A DNA stretch of 64,000 bases, taken from Candidatus Limnocylindrales bacterium (GTDB lineage: Bacteria > Patescibacteriota > Microgenomatia > Levybacterales > UBA12049). The stretch covers positions 49,374 through 113,373 of the forward strand of contig DATLDE010000011.1 of the NCBI GenBank assembly GCA_035526025.1. Direction: 5' to 3'. A program made the position numbers and the translations under genes. The notes under the pieces were generated by a model that was given only the letters and a program-made list of their open reading frames with translations, did not search any database and was not told the origin of the DNA. Positions 45,781 to 56,176 of this stretch are shown here, piece after piece (position 1 is the first letter of the stretch; the number at the start of each line of letters is the position of its first letter).

Positions 45781-45891
45781 ATGGAAACTTTTGGAAAACA
45801 CAAAACAATTTGGAAAGTAATAATGATAGTAGCCTCACTTTCATTAATAGCTGCAACATTTCTTCCATACCTGACCCTTCTAAATCAATAG
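45781..45891 (+). CDS. 36-aa single-TM small protein (not in ORF track)
   Basis: METFGKHKTIWKVIMIVASLSLIAATFLPYLTLLNQ*; TGCTATAAT 6 nt before ATG. Confidence 0.6.
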   Translation: METFGKHKTIWKVIMIVASLSLIAATFLPYLTLLNQ

Positions 45892-45904
45892 CTTTTAATA
45901 ACTT

Positions 45905-47932
45905 ATGAATTTACAATCTCCGATCACAATGGGCGGAAGACCTCTGAAGATGTTTTCAACAAGGCTTGAAAAACTTGAAATATTTACTTTTGAAGATTTT
46001 CTTTTGCACCTACCTTCGCGTTATGAAGACTTTTCACTGATTTCAAAAATCGGCAGACTTCAAGCGGGTGAGACAGTAACCATAAAAGGAAAAGTGCAGG
46101 AATCAAAAAATCAATACCTAAGAGGAAATCGCATCAAAACTATCCAAAAAGCAGTTCTGTCAGACGAGACTGGCTCAATAGAGCTTACATGGTTTAATCA
46201 ACCATTCATAGTCAAAGCAATTCCTGTAGGATCAGACATCTCAGTATCTGGAAAAGTTGAGCTTTCCAAAAAAGGACTATCGATAAGTTCTCCAGATTAT
46301 GAAATAATTTTTAATGAAAAATCTGATTCTCTCCATACGGGAAGACTTGTACCTATTTATCCTGAGACAAAAGGAATATCATCCAAATGGCTTAGGCGCC
46401 AAATTCACAATATTTTAGTCCAGTACGGAGCAAACATCAAAGACTATCTACCTGTTGAAGTTATAAAACGGAATAATTTCTTAGATTTGCATGACGCATT
46501 GCAAGAAGTTCATTTTCCCAAATCACTTGTTTCAGCGACAAATGCAAGAAACAGGATAGCATTTGATGAGCTTTTTCTTTTACAACTGGCAAGTATTAAA
46601 AAACGCAGTGATTGGAAGATAAAGAAAAAAGGGCATAAGTTTGAAATTACTAAATATCAAAAAAAAATTGATAACTTAATTTCGTCTTTACCATTTATAC
46701 TTACTGATTCACAGCAGATTGCTGTTAATGAGATTCTCACAAACTTATCAACTGATCAGCCGATGAATAGGCTTCTACAGGGAGATGTGGGATCTGGTAA
46801 AACAGTAGTTGGTGCAATAGCAATGTATTTAGCTTATCTTAACGGTTTTCAATCAGTACTTATGGCTCCAACTGAAATCTTAGCTGAGCAACATTTTGAA
46901 ACTATCAAAAACCTACTTGAGCCAATTGGTGTGAGAGTTAAGATTGTTACCGGATCAAAAAAATTAACCGATGAGTTTGATATCTTGATAGGAACACACG
47001 CGATACTAAATGAAAAAGTTTTGTTTTCCAAATTAGGACTTGTAATCATAGATGAGCAACAACGATTTGGAGTAAACCAAAGAGGTATTATCCGAGACAA
47101 AGGAGAAAATCCACACTTACTTACTATGACCGCGACTCCGATACCAAGAACGGTTGCGCTCACAATGTACGGAAATCTTGATCTTTCTTATCTTAAAGAA
47201 TTGCCCAAAAACAGAAAGCTCATAAAGACTTGGCTCGTTCCACCTGTTAAAAGAGATCCTGGATATTTATGGATAAAAAAAGAAATTATAGAAAATAAAT
47301 CTCAAGCATTTATAATATGTCCGTTTATTGAAGAATCGGAAAGCATGCAAACGATTAAAGCGGCTGCAAAAGAATATGAAAAACTGTCAAAAGATATTTT
47401 CCCGGACCTCAAACTGGGTCTTCTGCACGGTAAGTTAAAAGGTAAGGAAAAAAACGAAATTCTTAATAAATTCCGTTCAGGCGATTTTGACATATTGGTT
47501 TCTACTCCAGTTGTAGAGGTAGGAATTGATATACCAAATGCAACTATAATAATGATTGAGGCAGCAGAACGCTTTGGTCTCGCCCAACTACACCAGCTCA
47601 GAGGAAGAGTAGGAAGGGGAGATAAGCAATCATATTGCCTCCTTTTCACTGATAATCCTAATTCACTCCATTCCCCTAGATTAAAAGGAATGGAGACACT
47701 GTATTCCGGCGCAGAACTGGCAGAGTTAGATCTCAAACTTAGGGGACCTGGAAATCTATATGGAATCGCCCAACATGGAGTACCAAAATTAAAAGCTGCG
47801 TCATTTTCCGATACACATACACTCCATATAGCAAAGAGGGAAGCAGATAAAATTTTTTCTGAACTTAATAAACATATTTTATTATCGGAAAAGATTGAGA
47901 ATACTGCATATTCCCATGTTTCCCCAGACTAA
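45905..47932 (+). CDS. recG: ATP-dependent DNA helicase RecG
   Basis: QGDVGSGKT, DEQQRFG, MTATPIPRT, QLHQLRGRVGR. Confidence 0.97.
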   Translation: MNLQSPITMGGRPLKMFSTRLEKLEIFTFEDFLLHLPSRYEDFSLISKIGRLQAGETVTIKGKVQESKNQYLRGNRIKTIQKAVLSDETGSIELTWFNQPFIVKAIPVGSDISVSGKVELSKKGLSISSPDYEIIFNEKSDSLHTGRLVPIYPETKGISSKWLRRQIHNILVQYGANIKDYLPVEVIKRNNFLDLHDALQEVHFPKSLVSATNARNRIAFDELFLLQLASIKKRSDWKIKKKGHKFEITKYQKKIDNLISSLPFILTDSQQIAVNEILTNLSTDQPMNRLLQGDVGSGKTVVGAIAMYLAYLNGFQSVLMAPTEILAEQHFETIKNLLEPIGVRVKIVTGSKKLTDEFDILIGTHAILNEKVLFSKLGLVIIDEQQRFGVNQRGIIRDKGENPHLLTMTATPIPRTVALTMYGNLDLSYLKELPKNRKLIKTWLVPPVKRDPGYLWIKKEIIENKSQAFIICPFIEESESMQTIKAAAKEYEKLSKDIFPDLKLGLLHGKLKGKEKNEILNKFRSGDFDILVSTPVVEVGIDIPNATIIMIEAAERFGLAQLHQLRGRVGRGDKQSYCLLFTDNPNSLHSPRLKGMETLYSGAELAELDLKLRGPGNLYGIAQHGVPKLKAASFSDTHTLHIAKREADKIFSELNKHILLSEKIENTAYSHVSPD

Positions 47933-47981
47933 TTTAATCCTGCACTTGACAATCAATCAATTTGTTATTACGCTAGATCTA

Positions 47982-48728
47982 ATGACTAAAAAGATAATCA
48001 TTGCATCAGCCATTGCATTTGCGACATTTACACCTTTTGCTTTTGCTGAATCTCATCCAATTAATGACTCCACAAATCCACCAACCCGTAAAGAGAAATT
48101 TGTTCAAAGAATGGAAGATAAAAAATTTGTAACTACGGAACATAAGGAAAATGGAGAAGAGCTAAAAAGCCTTCAACAAGATAAATTAAAAGCATTGCAC
48201 GAAGAGTTTAATGCCAAACATGATGAATTTAAGAAAAAAATCCTTGACTTAAAAGATCAACACAAAAAAATCATAGTTGATCGAGTAGATAGTCGACTTG
48301 TAACAATAAATCAAAATTGGGTTCAAAGAATGAATGCATCTATTCTTAGACTTGAGAGATTACTTGATAAATTCTCAGGTAGAGCTGAGAGGTTAAAAGC
48401 AGAGGGTAAAAATACAACTGAGGTAGAGACGGCGATTGTAGCTGCTGAAAGAGCAATACAGACTGCCAAAGACGCTGTAGCGGTTCAGGGAGCAAAGGAA
48501 TATGTAGCAGACCTCTCTAACGAAGAAAATCTTAAATCAACAGTGGGGGATGCAATATCAGAGCTTCGAAAAGATTTAAAAATAGCACATGATATCGTTA
48601 AAGTTGCAAAACAAAAAGTTATAGATGTTGCAAGAGCACTTGCAAAAATTAATAAAACAAGTGATATTCCAAGCATAGAACCAACTCAGACAAGCACACC
48701 TAGCCCAACTGAAGTACCTGAAATATAA
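47982..48728 (+). CDS. Secreted coiled-coil protein
   Basis: Signal peptide MTKKIII...AFA, long helical region, Pro/Thr tail. Confidence 0.65.
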   Translation: MTKKIIIASAIAFATFTPFAFAESHPINDSTNPPTRKEKFVQRMEDKKFVTTEHKENGEELKSLQQDKLKALHEEFNAKHDEFKKKILDLKDQHKKIIVDRVDSRLVTINQNWVQRMNASILRLERLLDKFSGRAERLKAEGKNTTEVETAIVAAERAIQTAKDAVAVQGAKEYVADLSNEENLKSTVGDAISELRKDLKIAHDIVKVAKQKVIDVARALAKINKTSDIPSIEPTQTSTPSPTEVPEI

Positions 48729-48732
48729 TAAT

Positions 48733-49173
48733 ATGGATAATAATAACAATAATAATACACAAAATAATAATCCGACTGGTCAAGTTTCCCAGCCAGAACA
48801 ACAGCAAGTACTTCAACCAGAGGCTCAACACGCACCTCCTGAACCAGCACAGACCCCAACTCAACCAACAGAACAAACTCCGCCAGTTATTCAAAATCCT
48901 ACTGCTGCTCAGCCAAAAAAAGGAAATAAAACATTTTTGATAGTGTTTCTAATTATCTTAGTTCTAATAACCGGGGTCATGTTATATTTTATGAAAAATA
49001 ATCAAAATTCCACCAAATCCGTTACCCCCTTAGTAAGCTCACCGACCCAAGCTCCACTCACAACTCCTACTGCTTCTGGATCCGCTGAAGAACAAGAGGT
49101 TAAAAATGTAGACATAAATGACACAAGTCCTACAGAATTCCCCGCAGTAGAATCCGACATTAAGAGATTATAA
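48733..49173 (+). CDS. Single-TM low-complexity protein
   Basis: N/Q/P-rich N-terminus, one TM, Pro/Thr-rich C-terminus. Confidence 0.65.
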   Translation: MDNNNNNNTQNNNPTGQVSQPEQQQVLQPEAQHAPPEPAQTPTQPTEQTPPVIQNPTAAQPKKGNKTFLIVFLIILVLITGVMLYFMKNNQNSTKSVTPLVSSPTQAPLTTPTASGSAEEQEVKNVDINDTSPTEFPAVESDIKRL

Positions 49174-49193
49174 AGTCGAACTTTATTATTATC

Positions 49194-49808
49194 CTAGGCT
49201 GCTTTGGGTATAACTACTTTATATGAAACAACTGTGGGGTCACCTGTTGATCTATCCCTTGATGAAACGGACATAATATATTCTTCCCCGACTTTCAGTT
49301 GAGTAACTGCTTCCCAACGTGGGGATTTCTCTGGTTCACCATCAACTCGCATCTGTACTGTTCTGTGAAGAGGAACGGTTTTTAAAATGCGATCAGGCGT
49401 TCTAATGGATCTAATTTGTGCTTTTACATCTTCTAGTTCCCTTGAAATTTCTGGATTTTCCATATTGCGTGCATTAACAAAGCTTAAAACCAGGCTTCCA
49501 GGGGATGTGACTACATTTCTCTGCTGCTTTATAGTATTTCTCTGCTGCTCTACAGTAAAAGTACAATGATTTTCTGTATACGCATTTTCAGTCATTACAT
49601 GCCCGCTAAACAATTCTATCCTGGCAGAAGGTTGGGAAGTTTTATCAGAGTCCAACGGGGAAATTTGTATTCCAGTTTCACTTACTGTAGCAGGATTTTT
49701 TCTTTGTGAATCTACCAATGCAGCTCTGCCTCCGCCAACACCAAGCGCCAAACCAGCGCTCATTAATAAAATAGGCAATCTTTTCCTAGGCTCCCTCTCT
49801 CCTCTCAT
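49194..49808 (-). CDS. Hypothetical exported protein
   Basis: Start MRGERE after TGCTATAAT; hydrophobic N-terminal segment. Confidence 0.55.
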   Translation of the reverse strand: MRGEREPRKRLPILLMSAGLALGVGGGRAALVDSQRKNPATVSETGIQISPLDSDKTSQPSARIELFSGHVMTENAYTENHCTFTVEQQRNTIKQQRNVVTSPGSLVLSFVNARNMENPEISRELEDVKAQIRSIRTPDRILKTVPLHRTVQMRVDGEPEKSPRWEAVTQLKVGEEYIMSVSSRDRSTGDPTVVSYKVVIPKAA

Positions 49809-49886
49809 ATGCACATAATTATAGCAACAACCGCTCCGCTTGTCGAATGCTTGCAAGAACCGATTAAATAAAGTAAAATAGAGAGC

Positions 49887-50114
49887 ATGTCACAAGAACC
49901 AAAAAGAAGACATTCAATTGCTCGGAAAGGGAAAAGAAGAGCCGCAATTAAACTTGCTGTAAATAGATCTGTAATTTGTAAAAATTGCCAAAATCTTTAT
50001 TTGCCACATACTGTTTGTGCCAATTGCGGTTATTATAAAGGGAAACAAATTGTTGCAACGAAACTGAGTAAAAAGTTATCCGGGGAAACACCGGCTCAAG
50101 TACCTCAATCCTGA
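49887..50114 (+). CDS. rpmF: 50S ribosomal protein L32
   Basis: PK.R.S..R...RR, C..C....PH..C..CG.Y. Confidence 0.95.
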   Translation: MSQEPKRRHSIARKGKRRAAIKLAVNRSVICKNCQNLYLPHTVCANCGYYKGKQIVATKLSKKLSGETPAQVPQS

Positions 50115-50124
50115 TAATTAACTG

Positions 50125-50484
50125 ATGAAAACCTCTCAAGACCCCAGACATCAAAGAAGACAGGCAATTGTTCAAGAGTTATTTGGTTTTGATTTTCATA
50201 CTCAGAGAATTGGACTTGAGACAAAGAATGTAATTGATAATAAAGCAATAATAGACAAAAACATACAAAAAGCTGCGCCTGATTTTCCAGTGGAAAAAAT
50301 AAATAGAATTGATCTAGCAGTATTAAGACTAGCGTCCTATGAATTACTAATTGATAAAAAAGAACCGCCAAATGTTATAATTGATGAGGCAGTTGAACTG
50401 GCTAAAGAATTCGGAAATGAAACCAGTCCTGGTTTTATTAATGGAGTACTAGGTCAAATTTTATCTTATGCACGCACTACCTGA
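50125..50484 (+). CDS. nusB: Transcription antitermination factor NusB
   Basis: ID.AVLRLA.YE, IDEAVELAKEFG, FINGVL. Confidence 0.95.
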   Translation: MKTSQDPRHQRRQAIVQELFGFDFHTQRIGLETKNVIDNKAIIDKNIQKAAPDFPVEKINRIDLAVLRLASYELLIDKKEPPNVIIDEAVELAKEFGNETSPGFINGVLGQILSYARTT

Positions 50485-51133
50485 ATTCAAAAATCCAAAA
50501 TTATTACGCCTTGCATTTATTCATAGGTCGTATTTGAATGAATCAAAAACTGACGCTGAGTCTAACGAAAGACTTGAATTCTTAGGAGATAGCATTATTT
50601 CATTTGTAATTTCAGATCATCTTTATAAAACATACCCTGGATTTGATGAGGGCATTCTGACAAATCTTCGATCATTAGTTGTTAATACCAAGAGCCTTGC
50701 AAAAGCAGGAAAAGCTTTAAAATTTGGTGATCAGCTTTTACTATCCCGGGGAGAAGAAGAATCAGGTGGACGTTTAAATGATTCACTTCTGGCTAATACA
50801 TTTGAGGCATTTACCGGTGCGTTATATATAGACCAGGGCATTGTTACTGTATCCAAATTTTTGCACGAAATTCTTGTTCCATCTATCTCAGAACACGTAC
50901 AAAAAAAAGTTTTTAAAGATCCAAAAAGCTTATTACAAGAACAGGTGCAAGCCAAAAAACAAAACTCACCTGTGTACAAAGTACTTACGGAGGTCGGTCC
51001 AGCACATGCAAAGCAATTTACAATTGGGGTATACATTCAAAATGAGTTACTGGGAGAAGGAAGTGGGAAATCCAAACAGATTGCTGAAGAAATTGCAGCT
51101 GGAGTAGCACTTGAGAAGATCAGCAAACTCTGA
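50468..51133 (+). CDS. rnc: Ribonuclease III
   Basis: NERLEFLGD, FEA..GA...D, dsRBD DPKS.LQE. Confidence 0.97.
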   Translation: MHALPEFKNPKLLRLAFIHRSYLNESKTDAESNERLEFLGDSIISFVISDHLYKTYPGFDEGILTNLRSLVVNTKSLAKAGKALKFGDQLLLSRGEEESGGRLNDSLLANTFEAFTGALYIDQGIVTVSKFLHEILVPSISEHVQKKVFKDPKSLLQEQVQAKKQNSPVYKVLTEVGPAHAKQFTIGVYIQNELLGEGSGKSKQIAEEIAAGVALEKISKL

Positions 51134-51146
51134 TACAATATACACT

Positions 51147-51374
51147 ATGTCACTTGTGATTAGACTTACCAGAACAGGAAAAAAAGGAGAGCGAAAATTC
51201 CGTGTTGTCGTGAAAGAAAAGCGAAGCAAGCGGGATGGGGGATATATCGATCTTTTAGGTTGGTATGAAAAATCAAAGGATATGAAAAATAAAAAAATTG
51301 ATATGGAAAAATATAAATACTGGATATCAAATGGTGCACAACCAAGCAGCACCGTACAAGAACTAGTAAAATAA
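51147..51374 (+). CDS. rpsP: 30S ribosomal protein S16
   Basis: IRL.R.G.K, RDG..I..LG.Y, W...GAQPS.TV. Confidence 0.95.
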   Translation: MSLVIRLTRTGKKGERKFRVVVKEKRSKRDGGYIDLLGWYEKSKDMKNKKIDMEKYKYWISNGAQPSSTVQELVK

Positions 51375-51619
51375 TGAAAGACACCCTGCACTATATAATC
51401 TCTTCGATTGTTGACAGTCCTGACTCCGTTGTAATTGACGAGAATGAAGTTGATGGAATTATAAATTTCGTAGTCACAGTAGCAAAAGAAGATATGGGTA
51501 AAATAATTGGAAAAGAAGGAAAAGTTATAAGAAGCATTAGAAATATAATGAAAATTAAGGCCATGAAAACCGATGTACGTATAAATATCACACTTGCTGA
51601 CATTCCTCAGGATTCTTAA
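51374..51619 (+). CDS. khpA: KH domain RNA-binding protein
   Basis: DMGKIIGKEG..I.SIR; follows rpsP. Confidence 0.9.
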   Translation: MKDTLHYIISSIVDSPDSVVIDENEVDGIINFVVTVAKEDMGKIIGKEGKVIRSIRNIMKIKAMKTDVRINITLADIPQDS

Positions 51620-51714
51620 TTTCTCTTCTATTTAGAATTAACTTTTTGCAAGTATAGGGAAGTGAAATATAAAAGTTATATCAATATCAAACTACTATTT
51701 GATAAAATATATTT

Positions 51715-52407
51715 ATGAAAATAACCATACTCACATTATTCCCGGAAATGTTTAAAGGTCCGTTTGAGCAATCGATTATAAAAAATGCAATTGACAAGAA
51801 ACTTGTCGAAATTACATATGTAAATATTCGAGATTCTGGAATTGGCAAACACAAAATTATTGATGACACGGAATATGGGGGAGGAATTGGAATGGTAATG
51901 AAAGTTGATGTATTACATAATGCAATAGAAAGTGTACGAACCGGTGAGAATAACGAAGAAGTTGTACTCCTAAGCGCAACGGGGGAGACATATAATCAAA
52001 AGATAGCTAAAAGTTTCTCAAAATTAAATCATCTGATTTTAATTTGCGGCCATTATGAGGGGGTGGATGAAAGGATAAAAAAATATATTAATATGGAAGT
52101 TTCGATCGGAGACTTTGTATTAACGGGTGGAGAGATACCGGTAATGTTGATTACCGACAGTGTTTCCAGGTTAATCACAGGTGTACTTCCCAAAGGCGCA
52201 ACTGAAGATGAATCATTCTCTGAAATTAATAATAAAATATTGCTTGAATATCCACACTATACAAAACCTCGCATTTTTAAAAACAAACATGTACCAGATA
52301 TTCTACTATCAGGAAATCACCCTGAAATTAAAAAGTGGAGGGAAAAAAAAGCTATAGAAGTAACAAATTCCCTACGTCCTGATTTATTAAAAAAGAGGAA
52401 CGGCTGA
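51715..52407 (+). CDS. trmD: tRNA (guanine-N1)-methyltransferase
   Basis: TLFPEMF, YGGG.GMVM, CGHYEGVDER, SIGDFVLTGGE. Confidence 0.97.
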   Translation: MKITILTLFPEMFKGPFEQSIIKNAIDKKLVEITYVNIRDSGIGKHKIIDDTEYGGGIGMVMKVDVLHNAIESVRTGENNEEVVLLSATGETYNQKIAKSFSKLNHLILICGHYEGVDERIKKYINMEVSIGDFVLTGGEIPVMLITDSVSRLITGVLPKGATEDESFSEINNKILLEYPHYTKPRIFKNKHVPDILLSGNHPEIKKWREKKAIEVTNSLRPDLLKKRNG

Positions 52408-53130
52408 TGATGATGAGGTCGGCAAGTCTTCTACATTAAAAATTGGTGTTGATTTCCATTTAGATAATTTTTCTATAACTTCTCTTTTTTTTGGTGAGAC
52501 TGCAGCAATCGCTTCATCAGCTTTAATTGTAATCACAGGGTAAGGCTTGTAATGAAATTTTAATTTTACTAAAGTGTACTCTGAACTCCCATCAATCTCA
52601 AAAACTTCAACCAGGGGTGATTTCTCACTCAACTCTTTTAAAAAATTTCTCACTTTAAGAGTATTACCCTCTAAGGAAATTGTCATATCAATCGTCTGAG
52701 AAACAGTTTTCTTTTCTCCAACCTTTCTGGCACTTCCTGAAGCAATTTCGCCTATAACGAATTTATAATCATTTACTGATGCACCCGACTTAGCTGATGA
52801 ATCTGATAGTGCATCGATAATTCCCCCAAAGTCTTTTTGTGCAGGAACAGCGCTTGTAACTATTGCTAATTGGTCTTCTAATTCATCTTTATTTAGGTTT
52901 TTCATAAATTCTATATTTTCGTTTACCACTCTTATTTGTTCTCTTTTCGCGATCACTTCACTTCTTAAAGAAAAATAATTATTTGCCAATGGTATAATTA
53001 TTGACGCTATTAGCATAAAGCAAATCGTAATTGTAGCAAGTATAATAGAAATTGAATAAAGACTTGAATCTTTAAATCGGAAATATAAATATCTTAAATC
53101 GTTTTTTCCAAAAAATAATTTATTATTCAT
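52387..53130 (-). CDS. pilO: PilO-like pilus assembly protein
   Basis: TM, coiled coil and ferredoxin-like region; position after pilM-pilN. Confidence 0.65.
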   Translation of the reverse strand: MNNKLFFGKNDLRYLYFRFKDSSLYSISIILATITICFMLIASIIIPLANNYFSLRSEVIAKREQIRVVNENIEFMKNLNKDELEDQLAIVTSAVPAQKDFGGIIDALSDSSAKSGASVNDYKFVIGEIASGSARKVGEKKTVSQTIDMTISLEGNTLKVRNFLKELSEKSPLVEVFEIDGSSEYTLVKLKFHYKPYPVITIKADEAIAAVSPKKREVIEKLSKWKSTPIFNVEDLPTSSSSAVPLF

Positions 53131-53660
53131 TATATTGAAATCATCAAAGTCACACTAAAGCTATTGTCACTTTTATCAATTTTTAAATTTGAAAGCAAAA
53201 TATTTGAAAAACCATTTTGAGATTTATCTGCATTTTGGATTGTGTCAAGGAACTGATTAATATTGAATAATGACATACTGCTAACAGTTACGTTTAAAAT
53301 ATCTCCTTCTACTTTAAACGAGTCAATTGCAACGCCTGATGGTAGCAAGCTTTGTAAATTATTTAAAAACTGATCATATTGTGGGCGATTTTTTAATATA
53401 TTATTTATTATTTGAATCCTATCATTAACTAAGCCCAGCTTGACTATTTCACTAGATGAAAGTGATAAATTGAATTCGGCAGCTTTTTTTTGCTTTGACA
53501 ATTCCGGAAGAGGAGAAAGCGATATAAGGATAAAAAGCACAATTGATGCTGCTGATACCAAAAACAATAAACCAACAGCAATAATCCTTAAAGAGCTATT
53601 ATTTCTATGCTTTGAAACATTTATTTTGGATTTATAATCGAGTAAATTTATGTTATTCAT
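53130..53660 (-). CDS. pilN: PilN-like pilus assembly protein
   Basis: N-terminal INLL motif, TM, L...LP.GV. Confidence 0.75.
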   Translation of the reverse strand: MNNINLLDYKSKINVSKHRNNSSLRIIAVGLLFLVSAASIVLFILISLSPLPELSKQKKAAEFNLSLSSSEIVKLGLVNDRIQIINNILKNRPQYDQFLNNLQSLLPSGVAIDSFKVEGDILNVTVSSMSLFNINQFLDTIQNADKSQNGFSNILLSNLKIDKSDNSFSVTLMISI

Positions 53661-54687
53661 ACTCTTTTAAAGCGAGTCCGCATGCAACAGCATATTCGGG
53701 GCCTTGTCGCTGCAATGATTCAGGTACTCCTTGGACATTCATCATTTTCCATGGGTTTGCTATAACTGTTTCAATTCCTATGTTTTTTACAAAATATATA
53801 TCAATTCCAGGCATTTTGGCTGAACCACCTGATAACACAATTTGAGAAATAGGAGATTCATTTTTATATTTCTCATTATAAAATGCAATTGCTTTTCTAA
53901 GTTCGGTTAGTAAATTTGAAAAAATTGGATCAATTGCTATTCCTATTTTTCCTCCTAAATTTTTATCTGATAAACCGTATGTTTTTTTATATTCTTCTGC
54001 TTGCGCAATACTCAGTCCAAAATCTGAAGCAATAGCGCGTGTCATTGCAGTACCACCAAGAGGTATTGAATATGTAAATACAATTACCCCTCCTTGCACA
54101 ATCGCAATAGAAGTACTAAGTGATCCGATATTCATAATAATAGATGTGGGAGAACTTGGACCTTTGAATAATCCCCTAATTATTGATAAAAGTTCGGTTT
54201 CAACCGCAACAACAGAAAGACCCGCTAAGTCCAGAATGGTCTGGTATCTCTTAATTAGCTGAATCGGAGCAGCTACCAAAAGCACCTGCATCATTTGACC
54301 ATTACCGCTAGTTTTTGGCCTATTAACCACATTCCAGGCAAGAGACATGGTTTCGATTGGTGCCGGAATATGCTCCTCTGCCTCCCAGTAAATAGCAGTT
54401 GATAGCTCCTTTTCAGAAATGGCCGGCATATCAATCATTTTGGTGAAAATATGACTCTCAGGAAGCGCAATTACAACTTTTGTTGACGTAATTTTCGCGT
54501 CATTTATCAATTTGTTAATTGCCTGCGCTAAATCCTGATGATCAAAAGGAGATTCTGATTGTAATCCTGGGGTAGGAGTGGGCGTGGATAAAGCACTATT
54601 ATAGGTTATAATTTCTTTTTCACGATTAAACCAAACTGCTTTTATAGTAGAAATGCCTATATCAAGGCCGAATGTATTGCTTTTCAT
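53653..54687 (-). CDS. pilM: Type IV pilus assembly protein PilM
   Basis: GLDIG...IK, EAE..IP, LSGGSA..PG, NPW, VA.GLAL. Confidence 0.93.
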   Translation of the reverse strand: MKSNTFGLDIGISTIKAVWFNREKEIITYNSALSTPTPTPGLQSESPFDHQDLAQAINKLINDAKITSTKVVIALPESHIFTKMIDMPAISEKELSTAIYWEAEEHIPAPIETMSLAWNVVNRPKTSGNGQMMQVLLVAAPIQLIKRYQTILDLAGLSVVAVETELLSIIRGLFKGPSSPTSIIMNIGSLSTSIAIVQGGVIVFTYSIPLGGTAMTRAIASDFGLSIAQAEEYKKTYGLSDKNLGGKIGIAIDPIFSNLLTELRKAIAFYNEKYKNESPISQIVLSGGSAKMPGIDIYFVKNIGIETVIANPWKMMNVQGVPESLQRQGPEYAVACGLALKEYE

Positions 54688-55514
54688 TATTTGGGTGAGA
54701 AGAGTACGAACGGAAATAGCTCGACCGGTAATTTCGGGAATCCCTTATAACTTAATATCTTTCTCTTAGTTTCATTTGAAGTCCCAGTTGCAGTGATTAT
54801 AGTTCCCTGCGAAGGCAAGTCAGGATCACCTGCTGCTTTCTGTACGCCTATCACTGTTGATGAATACAATGGAATCACACGCACGATTAATCCTGAAGTT
54901 ATAGGAATAGACTTTTTTCTAAAATAGGTAGTTCCATTGATATTATCCCCAGCAGTAGAAATTTGCTCTGCGTTGCTACTACTTGCCCGGGAGCTACATG
55001 GATCCAGTAAATAAGTAGTGGTCTTAGGAGTAGTTAAGCTTCCCGAGATCACTACTACCTCAAGAGCTGACTGTGTATTATTGGATTCAATTGGGTCACA
55101 TGTATCTGTTGCACTGCCCCAATTTATATCTAGTGTACCTGTCCAAGGGCTTGAATATGTGGGATATGTAGCTAACCAAATATCAACAGGCTCATCCTTG
55201 AGAACAATTGTACCATTGTTTAAATTTAATGAATTTCCAGACAAAATCGTAACAGTGGTCGCATAAGTGGTGTTATTTGGAAGACTGGATGAATTTGGCA
55301 AATTTGATGTTGAAGATAATTCTATCCCAGCTTCTGCGGCGGAAAAAGCGCGTTCGGAATTTTCCCCGTCGCTTGAGGTACGCAAATTGCTTGTTGTCCG
55401 AACGGCAACTGAAAGTCCAACTGTCAAAGCAATAACCATAACCAAAATTACAATTAATAATCCTTGTCCAGACTGTAAGTTTTTTTTATTATATAAAGGT
55501 ATTTTAAAGTTCAT
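54687..55514 (-). CDS. PilX-like minor pilin
   Basis: SGQGLLIVILV, A..AAEAGIE. Confidence 0.75.
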   Translation of the reverse strand: MNFKIPLYNKKNLQSGQGLLIVILVMVIALTVGLSVAVRTTSNLRTSSDGENSERAFSAAEAGIELSSTSNLPNSSSLPNNTTYATTVTILSGNSLNLNNGTIVLKDEPVDIWLATYPTYSSPWTGTLDINWGSATDTCDPIESNNTQSALEVVVISGSLTTPKTTTYLLDPCSSRASSSNAEQISTAGDNINGTTYFRKKSIPITSGLIVRVIPLYSSTVIGVQKAAGDPDLPSQGTIITATGTSNETKRKILSYKGFPKLPVELFPFVLFSPK

Positions 55515-55588
55515 AATTTTATATAGTAGATACATATATCGTAACAATCGCCCGTACTAGTGTCAACCTTATTTAAATAGAATTAAGC

Positions 55589-56146
55589 CTACTGACTGTA
55601 GTTCCTTAATGTCACTGAAGTATCAAAAGGAATAGAAACTCTTTGCTCCCAAATATTACTTGGATTTTTTGAATTGAGTACAAAACTAAATTTGATGGTA
55701 GGTGGATCATTTAGAGTGTTTTGCGTACAAGTAAATGAGCAATTTGTTGCAACTGCCGAATTTGTGTCTATTAATGATAATCCATTTGACTCTATAGTTG
55801 CTGAACTTCCACCTGTACATACGAATGTCGTTGACTCATTTTCAAGAGATGTTACCGTAATACTAGTTGTTCTTACAGGACTGATGCATGATGATGGTGA
55901 GTTCAATTTTTTTGTATACCTTATTGCTTTAGATACTTGAGAAATTGCACTGTTTCCATTATATTTCAGAACTACAATCAAATCTGTTCTCTTACTAACT
56001 CTGAGGGTTGTAAAGAGAATTGATATTATAATCGCTCCAACAAATCCGGAAATCCCAAGTGACATTAAAAGCTCAATCAAAGTAAATCCATGAAGCGCAA
56101 ATTTTAAATTTTTATTCTTTTTTCTAAACTTAATTATATTATTCAT
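55589..56146 (-). CDS. Prepilin-type minor pilin
   Basis: GFTLIELL N-methylation motif. Confidence 0.85.
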   Translation of the reverse strand: MNNIIKFRKKNKNLKFALHGFTLIELLMSLGISGFVGAIIISILFTTLRVSKRTDLIVVLKYNGNSAISQVSKAIRYTKKLNSPSSCISPVRTTSITVTSLENESTTFVCTGGSSATIESNGLSLIDTNSAVATNCSFTCTQNTLNDPPTIKFSFVLNSKNPSNIWEQRVSIPFDTSVTLRNYSQ

Positions 56147-56176
56147 TTAACTTTAGGAAATCTATATAATTCTAGA

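Noticed and set aside
48724-48770. AAT-type triplet repeat
   Set aside because: Low-complexity Asn-rich coding sequence
51619-51715. Absence of rimM, short tig and short pheT
   Set aside because: Consistent with known genome reduction in CPR; not novel
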